From a virus (Duplodnaviria; Caudoviricetes): DNA of 48,226 nt. The stretch is from IMG/VR virus record IMGVR_UViG_3300038393_000863, positions 1 to 48,226 of that record. One strand, given 5' to 3'. The notes beneath the pieces are model-generated. The model made no database searches. It saw only the letters and a program-made list of their open reading frames with translations, and was not told the origin of the DNA. A program made the translations under genes and the position numbers. Positions 6,297 to 16,302 of the stretch are shown here, piece after piece; position 1 is the stretch's first letter, and each line of letters opens with the position of its first letter.

Positions 6297-9107
6297 TTAC
6301 AGCCCAGAGCTCACATTCTTCTGGTGGATGTAGATGGAGTTGTCGGACTTCATCTTCCTGAGCTGGTAGGACAGACAGGAAGTGCCGATGAAGTCTCCAC
6401 CCTCGGCGACCGGGAGCTGGTGGAACTCATCACAGGTGATGCCCTTCGAGTTGTTCAGCACGACGCCAATCCGGCTCAGGCCGGACCCGAAGGTGTCCAC
6501 GGCGAGATTGGTGAAGTGAGTGTTGTACACACTCGGGGTCCCGCTGTTCGCCTCGTTGATCATGACGCCGATGGCGTTTGCCCCGGTCATGTTCATCCGG
6601 GTCTGGCCGCTGAACTCGTTGGAGTCCGACCAGTCCTCCAGCTTGATCCCGCGGAACAACACGTTGGTCCCCTGGAGGTCCTCGAAGTTGTTCAGCGTGA
6701 CCACCTGCGGGTTCCCGTTCACGCCGACAGAGGTGCCGGAGGTCAGCAGGAAGTAGCCACAGGTCCCGCGGTGGTGGGCGCGGTACTTGTTCAGCCCGTG
6801 GTTGGCGTCCGAGAAGGGGCCGACACCGGAGCTGTCCGCACGGATGCGGATGAAGGTTCCGGTCGAGACCTGAGTCCCAAGGCCAATCAGGTTGAACGTG
6901 TTGAAGTAGGCGGAGTGGAAGTCGAAGACGATCCCGGAGAAGGAGCTGCCCTCGTTCACGAACAGGTCGAGATGACACCCGTACAGGACCGTCGTGTTGT
7001 CGGTCTTGAAGATGGTGCCAGCGCTGGAACCTTGCCACGAGAAGTACGCGCCGCTCGTCATGCGGATCGACACGTTGGACTTCAGGGTGATCGTGCCGTT
7101 GATCTGGTAGGGACCCGGCGCGTTGAACCAGATGGTGCCCCCGCCGGCTGTCGACAGGGTGTTGATGAGGTTTTGAAGGTTCGTCGTGTTGGTGCCGGCG
7201 GTGTTCCCGGTGGCGACCCCGTTCTCCCAGGCGGGAGTGTACGAGTACGCCAGGCTGCCGCTGCCGGCGGCAATCGTGGTGACCCCGCCGGAGGTCGTGA
7301 GGGTGACCCCAGCGCCCGCGGCAAGTGCCCCGGCCACGGCCGTGCCGAAGCCTGAGGAGACGTCCGATACCGTCAGGCTGACCGCACCCGTGCGGCCGTT
7401 GACGGAGCTGACGCCGCCGCCCCCACCACCACCCGTGTTGGTGATCGTGGTGACACCGCCCGTGGTCGACAGGCTGATGCCAGCGCCGGCCGTAAGCACG
7501 CCGCTGACGGCCGAGCCGAAGCCCGAGGAGACATCAGAGGCAGACAGGGAGACCGCGCCAGTGCGCCCGTTGACAGACGACACACCGGAGCTTCCACCCG
7601 AGACTACGCCGTCGTTACGCAGCTCCAGCGCCCAAGCCTGCCCGCTGACCGACGAACCGTCACTCCAGGTGATGGAACTGTTGTCTACGTACAGCGAGCC
7701 GCCGATTGCGTCAGAGATCGCGACGCTTGTATTGCTCGCGCTTGAGTAGGCGTTCGACCGCGTTGTGAATGGTGCGCCGGGGGGCGTCGAAAGCACCGAA
7801 CCGAACTTATAGTAGAGGCCGACAGTGCCGATGTTGTGGCTGTCCTTGGGAAAGCCGGTCAGGGTGTGGGTTGTGCCGCTGCCGGCAACCTGTTCTTGGC
7901 CCACGCTGACCTTGGTCGGCCCACGCCACACTACCGCTTGCTGTACCCCGCCACCGGTCGCGTAACTGACGGTGACAGTCCCGGCCAGGACGTCTGCACT
8001 GTCCAAGACCTTATAGGCGAGGACGACGTACTGCCCGCCTGCGCCATCAGTGTTGGCATGGATGACTGTCCAGCTCGCGGGGGGTGTCGGGACCGTGCCC
8101 AGCGAACTACACATGGCTAAAAGAACGGCGAGGTCACCCGCCGCGGAACCGGCCGGCAAACTCGACGCGATTGACGCCGTGTTGTTGCCGACAAGAGTGC
8201 CAGCGCCGACGAACGTTGAACTGCTCGCACCGCCGCCGCCCCCACCACCAGTCACCGTGCTGGTGATCGTCGTGACGCCCGCCGAGGTGGAGATCGAAAT
8301 CCCAGTGCCGGCGGCGAGCGCCGAGCCCACCGCAGCTCCGAAGTTCGTGATGTCCGACGAGCTGAGGGTGATCGCCCCGGTGCGCCCAGCGACTGAAGTC
8401 ACGGGACTGCTGCCGGTGTAGGAGATCGTGGTGACACCGCCCGAGGTGGTCAGGCCAATGCCCGAGCCGGCTGCAATCGAGCCGGCAACGGCTGCACCGA
8501 AGCCAGACGTGACGTCGGAGGCGGTGAGGCTCACAGCCCCGGAGCGGCCGTTGACCGTGGTCACGCCCGCCGTGCCACCGCCGGTTCCACCTCCGGTGTT
8601 CGTGATGGTGGTGATGCCGCCGGTCGTGGAGAGGCTGATGCCGAGGCCGGCGGAGAGCGAAGCTCCCACCTGAGTGCCGAAGCCCGAGAGCACGTCGGAG
8701 GCCGTCAGGCTCACGGAGCCCGACCGGCCGTTCACCGAAGTCACACCGCCAGCGCCCCCGATGATGGTGCCGCCGGGGTCCGCGATGTCGAGGACGTCGT
8801 CGCTGATCTCCTGGTCCCGGTAGAGGGACTGGGTCACGGCGAGCTGTAGGTCTGGACCGGTTAGGACCGATCCGTTCTGGAAGTCAGCGAGGGGAGCGTT
8901 GACCGGAGTGATCCGGCGGACGCTCACCTTCTTGCCGGCGCTGGCCGGCGTATTGAGGGCGATGCGGGACGAGTTGACCCAAGTGTAGGAGACTTCAGCG
9001 CCGTCTACGAGGACGTGGATATGAGCCTTGTCCAGGTAGGGGAACGTATAGTCGAACTGGGTTTGCCCCGCAGTCGCCGTATAGACGACGCGAGAGGTGT
9101 AGGACAT
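6297..9107 (-). CDS. Tail fibre/spike (T7 gp17-type N-terminal anchor, five VNGRTGAV repeats, C-terminal pectin-lyase-like domain)
   Basis: N-terminus YTATAGQTQFDYTFPYLDKAHIHV...VRRITP...DFQNGSVLTGPDL; C-terminal NTTNLQNLINTLSTAGGGTIWF..GPYQINGTITLKSNVSI. Confidence 0.9.
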   Translation of the reverse strand: MSYTSRVVYTATAGQTQFDYTFPYLDKAHIHVLVDGAEVSYTWVNSSRIALNTPASAGKKVSVRRITPVNAPLADFQNGSVLTGPDLQLAVTQSLYRDQEISDDVLDIADPGGTIIGGAGGVTSVNGRSGSVSLTASDVLSGFGTQVGASLSAGLGISLSTTGGITTITNTGGGTGGGTAGVTTVNGRSGAVSLTASDVTSGFGAAVAGSIAAGSGIGLTTSGGVTTISYTGSSPVTSVAGRTGAITLSSSDITNFGAAVGSALAAGTGISISTSAGVTTITSTVTGGGGGGGASSSTFVGAGTLVGNNTASIASSLPAGSAAGDLAVLLAMCSSLGTVPTPPASWTVIHANTDGAGGQYVVLAYKVLDSADVLAGTVTVSYATGGGVQQAVVWRGPTKVSVGQEQVAGSGTTHTLTGFPKDSHNIGTVGLYYKFGSVLSTPPGAPFTTRSNAYSSASNTSVAISDAIGGSLYVDNSSITWSDGSSVSGQAWALELRNDGVVSGGSSGVSSVNGRTGAVSLSASDVSSGFGSAVSGVLTAGAGISLSTTGGVTTITNTGGGGGGGVSSVNGRTGAVSLTVSDVSSGFGTAVAGALAAGAGVTLTTSGGVTTIAAGSGSLAYSYTPAWENGVATGNTAGTNTTNLQNLINTLSTAGGGTIWFNAPGPYQINGTITLKSNVSIRMTSGAYFSWQGSSAGTIFKTDNTTVLYGCHLDLFVNEGSSFSGIVFDFHSAYFNTFNLIGLGTQVSTGTFIRIRADSSGVGPFSDANHGLNKYRAHHRGTCGYFLLTSGTSVGVNGNPQVVTLNNFEDLQGTNVLFRGIKLEDWSDSNEFSGQTRMNMTGANAIGVMINEANSGTPSVYNTHFTNLAVDTFGSGLSRIGVVLNNSKGITCDEFHQLPVAEGGDFIGTSCLSYQLRKMKSDNSIYIHQKNVSSGL

Positions 9108-9137
9108 TATCCTGGAATGGCGGCTGAGCCGCTCTGG

Positions 9138-12100
9138 TTATTGTTGCTGGAAGATCGTCTGAAGCGAGTTCAGGTCTTCACCAGACAGGCCAAGAACCCG
9201 CGCACGGTGACGCAGTCGTCCATTGACCAGGCCCTTCTCGGGGACTTCCTTCTGTAGTGCGGCGGTGGCCGTACGCTTGACCATCTCACCCATGTAGAAC
9301 TCGGAGTTCGGGTTCTTGATGGAGAGGTTGGCCTCGGCCCGGAACCTGGAGACCAAGTCCTTGAGTTCGTGAGCTCGGCGCTCATCCGTCCACTGGAGAT
9401 ACCGGTCGGAGGCGATGAGGTTGGTCGCCGCCTCCTCCATGTTCATTCCCGTGCGGCGCTCCCGGTAGAGCTGCCCCTGGATTTCCAGGATGCGGTTGTA
9501 CTCCTTGGGCGTCGTGGGTTGCCCGTTGAAGTTCCGGCCGGGGTCCTTGAGGGTGAAGTCGGGGATCACCTTGGCAAGGCGCGACTCCTCCAGGTCCAGC
9601 GGGTCATCCGTCAGGCGCGAGAGGGGGAATGCGGCCAGGAGACCGGCGGACCCCGCCGGGCGCACGATGGGTCGCCCAAAGGTGTCCCGGCGGGCCGGCA
9701 GGGTTTCAGACCAGCCGGGCGTCATGGCCTTGAAGTTGTCGAGGAGCGTGCGGGCGTCACGGACCGTGGGATCGATGTCCTGCGCCAGGTTGCGCTGGAA
9801 CGAGGACAGGGGGTCGAGGTTCAGGACGCTCTTGGAGACGCCTTGCGCCACGGCATTCCCGCCGACCTTGTCGGAGCCTTCGGAGCCCTTGGCGTAGTAG
9901 GTGTCGAAGAAGTCCTTGATCCCAGAGAGGGCCGCCTTGTTCAGGACGTTGTTCCTGATGGCGGCCAGCACCCCGCCGACCAGGGCGGCACCCTGAGAGT
10001 CCGTCGCAGGGCGATCCCGAAGGGTCTGAGCGAGGTCCGCCACTAGACCCAGGTGGGTTGCCACGATGGGGTCGAGGGAGCTGAGCTGAGCCCAGGTCTT
10101 CCCGTCCGGGAGCTGGACGCTGTACTCCTTGATGCCGTCGAGCTTGGTGGGATCACCAGCCTCGCCGCGCCTGCCGACCAACTTGCCGTTGGCCCACAGC
10201 ATGAACCCGAAGGACATGAAGCCGGCCCCCAGGAGGAGGCGAGCTGCCGCGAGGTCCGCCTCAGCGCCTCCACGGCCGAGGGCCGCTTCGTCGTTCTGGG
10301 TGGTCTCGATGAGACGGGTGAACGCCTGCCGGTTCTTGCCGAGCAAGCCCAGCGTCGCCGGGTTGCGGTCAATGAGACCCGCCTTCAGCAGCGCCATGGG
10401 CGTCTTGAAGAAGGGGACGTAGAACCACTTGATCAGCGGCATCATCCGCAAGGTGCGGTCGATCTGCTGCACGATGGGGCCGGAGTCCTGGAAGGCTAGG
10501 TGCTTCGCGTAGTCCTCGGCGAGCTTCTCGATGTCGACCGCACGCACGAGCTGGGAGAGCTGGTCCGCCTCGGAGCCGGTTGGGAATACGTCGTTCGGGT
10601 CCATGCCCCGGTCTAGGAACCAGCGCTGGGCCTGCTTGAATGCCTCCGCAGTCGGCTGCTGCTTCACCGCATCGAGCGTGGCCGCGAACTGCTTCGGGTC
10701 ACCGCTCACACGAGCGCGGTAGTCGGCTTCGCGATAGGCGAGGCCGGCGACTTGCGCCCGCCGGTTGACGACCTTGTAGAACTCGTCGGCTGCCACGGAG
10801 GGGCGGAAGGCGAGGCTACGGACGATCTCGAAGTAGCCGGTCCCGAGGACGTCTAGGGTGGTGCGGAGGTTGAAGCCCTCCTTGACCCAGTTGTCGACGC
10901 GCTCCTTGGTGAGCTGGAATGGGATTGGGCGCTCAAGCACCTCTCCGCCCCACGAGCCACCCTCGGCCGGTGCCCCCCGCTTGAATGCGGTAAGGGCCAC
11001 GACAGAGGCTTCGTGGAGTGCCTCGATGGAAGCCGAGACGTAGGCGTTCGCCTCGCCCATGGTCATCCGCTCCGGGGAGCCGATGCCTAGGCCAGTGCGC
11101 GCAGCCCCGATGCCCGCCCCGAGGTAGCGCTCCGCCGTCTCGAAGACGGCTAGGATGGGCGTACCCACGAGGTTCCTGATCCAGGTCTTCGGGGCGGACA
11201 GAAGCCCGCCTGTGACGCTGTACCCGATGTAGTCCGCCAGCCCGAGCTGGCGCATCTTCGAGACCTCGCCGACCACACCGGCCGCACCGTTCTTCCGGTA
11301 CGCCTGGTCAAGGTTGTCCATGGTCCGCTTCAGGGTATCCACGTCCACCGGCTTGCCGCCGTTGACCGCGTCCCCGAAGGTGTCGAGGGTTGACTGGAGA
11401 TCGTTGAGGACGTTCTTCGGCCGCTTCAGACGCTTCATGTAGTTCAGCGCCCTGGCGACCTCGGAGACCGAGCCCTCAGCCATGGACTCCAGCAGGATCG
11501 TCCGCTGGAGCGAGGCCGCGAAGTCGGAGACTCCGCTGAGGTCACCCTTCTCGATAGCTGCGCGGGTTTCCCGGAGCTGCGAGTGGAAGGCGTCGGCCGA
11601 CTCCAGAGCGGTCTGGGTCAGTGCGCCCACACGGGCCGCGATCCCACCTTCTCCGGTGACATCGGCATGGGTCTTGATGAGGTCCGACAGGTTCGCGCCG
11701 AACACCCGCGAGGCCCGGTCGATGTTCTCCCAGGTCTTGGTGGCATCGCCGGCCTTGTCGTAGACGTCCTTGAAGATGCCGGCCCGAATGTTCGCCCACT
11801 GGAGGAGGTCCTCCGGCTTGGAGTCGAGCTTCTCCCAGTCGACGTACTTCGGGTTGATAAAGCCGACCCGGTCCTCTCCGCCCAACTGACCAGCCACTTC
11901 CGGCCGATCCAGGGCAGAGACGAACTCCTGGACATGCTCAGGCTTGATGTACTGCTTCAGGAAGTCGAGGTGCTCGGCAGCCGCCTGAGCTCGCTCGGGG
12001 GACCGCATCTTGCCCCAGTCGATGGTCTTCCAGGGGTCACCCGCGGTGTCACCCGCAGATGCCCCGCCGGCACCCGTCTGGGAGCCCTCAGATTGCCCCG

Positions 12101-12818
12101 TGGAGGGCTTTGCGGGGGTCTCCGGTAGAGATGTACCCGCGGATTGTTTTGGGTCTCCCTGAGTCTTCCCTGAGGCTTGCGGCTCCTCGGGCGGCACGAT
12201 GGCCGGCGAGGGCTCCGGCGGGGGTTCCTGCCGGGGCTTCACGATGGGGAGCTGGGCGTCCTGGTGGGTGAGCGGCGGGTCGAAACCGGTGGGGGTCTCG
12301 TTGAACCGCTTCTCCAGGTGGGAGACCAGAGCTCCGGCCTCCTCGGCGTTCTTCGCCAGCCCCGCCCGCATCGCCTTCGGGCCGAGACCCATCAGGGACG
12401 TGTTCAGGGCGTTCTGGACGGTGTCCGCCCCTTGAGCCGCGGTCTGCCCCTGCGGGGCTCCAACCGCAGCGACAACCCCGCGGGCTGCCGGGCGGGTGAC
12501 CAGATTGGTAACCGCGGAGGGGATGGCGGTGGCCGCCTCGAAGCCGAGCTTCGCGAGGTCGACTGGCTCCATGATCTTATCAAGAGCCGGCGTGTTCGGG
12601 TTGGACGCCTTCCGATAGTAGGCGGCAGCATCATTCTTGAGCTGCTTGAACGGCTGGGCTGCGCTGCTAATCGCATCCCTGGCGACGTCCATGAACTGGG
12701 AGGCCGGGGAGGGAGCCGGGGCCTGAGCCTTCTGCTTCTCGGCGAGGCGTTCGTCCAGGAGCGCGTTCTCACGCTCCATCGCGTCGAGCTGCGCCTGGAG
12801 CTTCGGGTCTACGGCCAT
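9138..12818 (-). CDS. Large internal virion (ejection) protein, gp16-like
   Basis: 1226 aa helical protein immediately before the tail fibre; VPFFKTPMALLK and RRDTFGRPI motifs typical of this position. Confidence 0.8.
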   Translation of the reverse strand: MAVDPKLQAQLDAMERENALLDERLAEKQKAQAPAPSPASQFMDVARDAISSAAQPFKQLKNDAAAYYRKASNPNTPALDKIMEPVDLAKLGFEAATAIPSAVTNLVTRPAARGVVAAVGAPQGQTAAQGADTVQNALNTSLMGLGPKAMRAGLAKNAEEAGALVSHLEKRFNETPTGFDPPLTHQDAQLPIVKPRQEPPPEPSPAIVPPEEPQASGKTQGDPKQSAGTSLPETPAKPSTGQSEGSQTGAGGASAGDTAGDPWKTIDWGKMRSPERAQAAAEHLDFLKQYIKPEHVQEFVSALDRPEVAGQLGGEDRVGFINPKYVDWEKLDSKPEDLLQWANIRAGIFKDVYDKAGDATKTWENIDRASRVFGANLSDLIKTHADVTGEGGIAARVGALTQTALESADAFHSQLRETRAAIEKGDLSGVSDFAASLQRTILLESMAEGSVSEVARALNYMKRLKRPKNVLNDLQSTLDTFGDAVNGGKPVDVDTLKRTMDNLDQAYRKNGAAGVVGEVSKMRQLGLADYIGYSVTGGLLSAPKTWIRNLVGTPILAVFETAERYLGAGIGAARTGLGIGSPERMTMGEANAYVSASIEALHEASVVALTAFKRGAPAEGGSWGGEVLERPIPFQLTKERVDNWVKEGFNLRTTLDVLGTGYFEIVRSLAFRPSVAADEFYKVVNRRAQVAGLAYREADYRARVSGDPKQFAATLDAVKQQPTAEAFKQAQRWFLDRGMDPNDVFPTGSEADQLSQLVRAVDIEKLAEDYAKHLAFQDSGPIVQQIDRTLRMMPLIKWFYVPFFKTPMALLKAGLIDRNPATLGLLGKNRQAFTRLIETTQNDEAALGRGGAEADLAAARLLLGAGFMSFGFMLWANGKLVGRRGEAGDPTKLDGIKEYSVQLPDGKTWAQLSSLDPIVATHLGLVADLAQTLRDRPATDSQGAALVGGVLAAIRNNVLNKAALSGIKDFFDTYYAKGSEGSDKVGGNAVAQGVSKSVLNLDPLSSFQRNLAQDIDPTVRDARTLLDNFKAMTPGWSETLPARRDTFGRPIVRPAGSAGLLAAFPLSRLTDDPLDLEESRLAKVIPDFTLKDPGRNFNGQPTTPKEYNRILEIQGQLYRERRTGMNMEEAATNLIASDRYLQWTDERRAHELKDLVSRFRAEANLSIKNPNSEFYMGEMVKRTATAALQKEVPEKGLVNGRLRHRARVLGLSGEDLNSLQTIFQQQ

Positions 12819-12826
12819 CTAGGTCC

Positions 12827-14953
12827 TTATCGTTGTTGGAGCTGCCGCATCTTCTCGGCCCGCTGGCGTGCGAGCTCGTTGATCCGGGCGACTGCCGCAG
12901 CGTTGTCCGCCGGAGGCGGGGTTACTGCGGGGCGCTGGCCGGGTTTGATGGGAGCCGGGGGCTTCTGGATCGGAGCCTTCACGGCCGCGTCTATCTTCGG
13001 CTGCCATTCAGTGATCGTTTCCTCGGCCGCCTTCATGGGGTCTGTCCCGCTGTCCACCTTCTGCTCCCACGCCTGCTGCGCGGAGCGGTAGGCGAACGAG
13101 ACGCCCTTGTTGCCGGCGAGGTCGAGGCGATCCGGGCGGAGCACGTCGTTCACGTAGCCGCGGGCTGCTTGAGCATCGGGTTGGTTCGACGCCTTCGGAG
13201 CTCGGCGCGTGGACGCCTGCTTCATGACCGCGGTGTAGGCTTGGGAGGCGGCCTTGCCGGTCCCGAACTCACCCGAGTTGTAGGCATCGGTGGCTCGGCG
13301 GCGAATGTCTTCGACATCGACCCCGGACTGGGTCAGCTCAAGCTGGAAGCCGTTGGCGACCGCGTAATTCGCTTCGCCCTTCTCCGTGCGATCCAGCTCC
13401 GTGCGGAACCGGCTCCTCCAGGCCAAGCCTTCCTCCGGCGTGAAGACGCCGTTCTTGACTGCTTGGTCGATGGTGGGAGAGGCATCCTCGCCCTTGGAGA
13501 GGGCGGTGTAGAGCTGAGGCTCCAGGATGTCCTGAGCGTCCTTCCGGGCCTTGGTCTTCAGCCGCTCGGCATAGCCGATGGCCGTGACCGAAGCGTCCTG
13601 GATTTTCGCCCGCTCCTCCGGGTTCAGGCTCGGGGTCTTCCCGTCCTTCTGGGTGGCGTTGGCGAATGCGAGGAGCTCCTCGGGATGAGGATCAGCGGGG
13701 TTCGTGCCCCATCGGGTGATGGAGTCGATGAGCCCTTGCTTGGCCTTCTTCGGATCGATCCCAGCCGTTTGCAGCGTCGCCATGGATGCTTCGAACTGGG
13801 CCGAGATGTCCTGCTGGAGCGTACTGCGCTTGGCGAGCTGGGGCACCGGGAGGTTCACCCCCGGAGCCGGCTGACCGATGATCTGCTCGGGGTCCGCCAG
13901 GTGCCCCTGCGGGTCCCGGTAGACGAAGTGGACGTGGGGACCGGTGGTGTGCCCGGTGGTTCCGACCGTCCCGAGCTGGGTGCCGGCATCGACCGACTGG
14001 CCTTGGTTGGCCGAGACGGAGCCGAGGTGGGCGTAGCTGGTGACTGAGCCGTCCTGGTGCTGCACCTTCACGAAGTTGCCGGACTGGGAGTCATGGCCAG
14101 TGGCAATGACGGTGCCCGCGGCGGCTGCACCGACAGGGGTCCCGATGGGGGCCGCATAGTCGACACCGTCGTGGGACTTGCCGTTGTCACGGGCATCGCC
14201 GTACCGGGAGGTGACCTTCCCGGCGACCGGCGGGGCGTACTTCGGAGCCGCAGTCTCGGAGCTCTGGGCCTTCTGGCCGGCAGGCTCTAGCGGGGACGTG
14301 GTGATCCCTTCGCCAGTGGTCAGCCGGTTGGTGAGGTTGAAGCCCTCGTTGGAGACCAGCTCGTTATCCGCGTGGACCTTGAAGGTCGCTTGGGTCTTCG
14401 CCTCCAGCTCCGCCGTGAACTTCATCAGGCCGACCCCCAGCTCGTGCTGGGCGGTGGGCGAGGGGAAATCGTGGGGAGCCGAGGCGACGATGTCGTGGAC
14501 CCGCTTGGTCACGTACTCGTGGACATCCGAGGGCGTGCCGCCCTTGTCGATGATGTCCTGGACGTTCTGCTCGATGTCCGCTGACTGCTGCGTCAGCGTG
14601 GCCTCAGCCTTGGCCCCATAGTAGGCCGACTGGTAGGCCAGCGAGTGTGCGAGCTGAGGATCGGCGGGTGAACCGGCGGCTGCATCCGTGGAGCCCTTAG
14701 CGCGTTCGCCAGGGGCACGGATGGCGTCCATGTTGGTGTTGATGCCGAGGATCGCCTCGGCCCCATCGTTGACCAGGCCGAGTGCCCGGCGGGTTTCTTC
14801 GACAGGTGAACCCCGGAAGGCGTCCCGCTGGTTCGCGACGATCTGGATCGACGGAGCTTCATCGAAGCGCTTCGTCGGGAGGATCGCATCCCGGTTATTG
14901 GTGATCCGATCCTGCGCCTGAGCCTTCGGCTGTACGTTGGCGAGGTTAGGCAT
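12827..14953 (-). CDS. Internal virion protein (gp15 position) with peptidase M23 domain
   Basis: HDGVDYAAPIGTPV...YAHL...GTTGHTTGPHVHF = HxxxD / HxH M23 motifs. Confidence 0.85.
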   Translation of the reverse strand: MPNLANVQPKAQAQDRITNNRDAILPTKRFDEAPSIQIVANQRDAFRGSPVEETRRALGLVNDGAEAILGINTNMDAIRAPGERAKGSTDAAAGSPADPQLAHSLAYQSAYYGAKAEATLTQQSADIEQNVQDIIDKGGTPSDVHEYVTKRVHDIVASAPHDFPSPTAQHELGVGLMKFTAELEAKTQATFKVHADNELVSNEGFNLTNRLTTGEGITTSPLEPAGQKAQSSETAAPKYAPPVAGKVTSRYGDARDNGKSHDGVDYAAPIGTPVGAAAAGTVIATGHDSQSGNFVKVQHQDGSVTSYAHLGSVSANQGQSVDAGTQLGTVGTTGHTTGPHVHFVYRDPQGHLADPEQIIGQPAPGVNLPVPQLAKRSTLQQDISAQFEASMATLQTAGIDPKKAKQGLIDSITRWGTNPADPHPEELLAFANATQKDGKTPSLNPEERAKIQDASVTAIGYAERLKTKARKDAQDILEPQLYTALSKGEDASPTIDQAVKNGVFTPEEGLAWRSRFRTELDRTEKGEANYAVANGFQLELTQSGVDVEDIRRRATDAYNSGEFGTGKAASQAYTAVMKQASTRRAPKASNQPDAQAARGYVNDVLRPDRLDLAGNKGVSFAYRSAQQAWEQKVDSGTDPMKAAEETITEWQPKIDAAVKAPIQKPPAPIKPGQRPAVTPPPADNAAAVARINELARQRAEKMRQLQQR

Positions 14954-15432
14954 CAGCCGCCCCTAGCTGCTGCGGAACGCGAGGCCATGATGCCAGAGCC
15001 GGTGTAGTAGCCCTTCACGGCCGCTCCTGCGATTTGGAGCCCAGCCCCTAAGGCGGTCGGCTCCTGAACTTGTGAGAACTGCGAGGTGGCCTCAGCGCCG
15101 GCCCCTGCCACACGGTTGTCGGCGTTGGCGCGGATGCGCTCATCGTAGAGCGCTGTCTGCATGGTGCTGTCCCGCAGCAGACCGGCTACAGAGCCGGAGA
15201 GCTGAAGGCCCGCTTCGCCTGCGGCGACCTTGATGCGGCCCTGTTCCTTGCGAGCGGCCCGGAGACGGTCATTGATGTCCGACGTCTCGTTCTGCCTGAT
15301 CTGCTCGGTCTGGACGGCATACGCGTTCTGGATCGCAGCGTTCTGGGCCTTGGCCGTCTGTATCTGCTGAACCACGCCCACCGCGGTAGTCGTGACCGCA
15401 ACGGCGGCCATTAGGATCGCTGGATTACACAT
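14953..15432 (-). CDS. Internal virion protein (gp14-like)
   Basis: Likely start MCNPAILMAAVAV at 15432; Ala/Gln-rich; AAGEAGLQLSGS motif. Confidence 0.8.
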   Translation of the reverse strand: MCNPAILMAAVAVTTTAVGVVQQIQTAKAQNAAIQNAYAVQTEQIRQNETSDINDRLRAARKEQGRIKVAAGEAGLQLSGSVAGLLRDSTMQTALYDERIRANADNRVAGAGAEATSQFSQVQEPTALGAGLQIAGAAVKGYYTGSGIMASRSAAARGG

Positions 15433-15910
15433 GGGGCTCATACCGGGCGAAGGTGAAGAACAAGCGACCCTCCCGCCCGTGGTTGGGATGGGCCTCTGTG
15501 AGGCGGAAACCGAGCCACTCCAGCCACGCGGCCGACTGCCCGTTGCGGGCGTCGATGTAGTTCCAGAGGAGCGGGAAGCGGTCGTGCATGGCGCGGAGGT
15601 AATCCCACCCACGCTTCAGGAAGGAGCGGGCGATGCGGATCAGACCCGGCGTGCCGAGCATCCAAACATTGCCCGCCCCCACCAGCGGAGTCGGCGCGAC
15701 GCCAAAGGCGCACACCGGCCGCGTGTCGTGTAGGACGATCCACGCCAGCTCGGAGGCCACCACGGAGCCCACTAGGGACTCCAGAGGCCCGAGCTCGGAC
15801 GTGGCCCGGAGCTCAACCAGGTCCGCCGGCCGCAGGTTTGCGGCCATGTCGATGAGCCAATCCCGAAGCTGCTCAGTGGTAGCCTCGGAGACGGGGATGA
15901 CTTCGATCAC
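15425..15910 (-). CDS. gp13-like internal virion/acetyltransferase-fold protein
   Basis: NLRPADLVEL...GNVWMLGT...LWNYIDARN...WLEWLGF. Confidence 0.8.
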   Translation of the reverse strand: MIEVIPVSEATTEQLRDWLIDMAANLRPADLVELRATSELGPLESLVGSVVASELAWIVLHDTRPVCAFGVAPTPLVGAGNVWMLGTPGLIRIARSFLKRGWDYLRAMHDRFPLLWNYIDARNGQSAAWLEWLGFRLTEAHPNHGREGRLFFTFARYEPHV

Positions 15911-16302
15911 CGACTTTCAATCCAATCGGCTATGCGGCGGAGCTCCTCAGCAGTCCCATCGTTCTTTAGGCGATTGGCTCTCTGTGAGATCACCGCCACA
16001 TTTCCTGGAACATAGCCCAGCTCAGGCCGCAGGCGGTCGAGGCTGGGACTATGATCCGCAGGCTTGCCAGTGCGGCTTTTCGCGAGAGGAATGCCTAGGA
16101 TTGGACAATGGGTCGGGATTTGGACGTCTGCCTTCGTTATGTTGAAGGGGACGCCCTTTGCTCGTGCGCGTTGGCGAGCATTGTTGAACAAGACAGTCTC
16201 TGGATGACTAGCCGTCCAGAGACGGTCTTGAAGCCTAGCCTTCTCAGGGTCCCTTGCGCGCTCCGCCGCCTTACGGCGTCGGTCCTGCTCAAGTGTTCTC
16301 AG
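15907..16302 (-). CDS. HNH-like endonuclease 1 (start uncertain: CTG 16302 or TTG 16191)
   Basis: ARQRARAKGVPFNIT...CPILGIPL...SPSLDRLRPELGYVPGNVAVISQRANRLK; frame open back to a CTG overlapping the upstream TGA. Confidence 0.8.
   Translation of the reverse strand: MRTLEQDRRRKAAERARDPEKARLQDRLWTASHPETVLFNNARQRARAKGVPFNITKADVQIPTHCPILGIPLAKSRTGKPADHSPSLDRLRPELGYVPGNVAVISQRANRLKNDGTAEELRRIADWIESR

Noticed and set aside
6297-9107. Diversity-generating retroelement acting on the tail fibre
   Set aside because: No reverse transcriptase, and no template/variable repeat pair differing at adenines was seen
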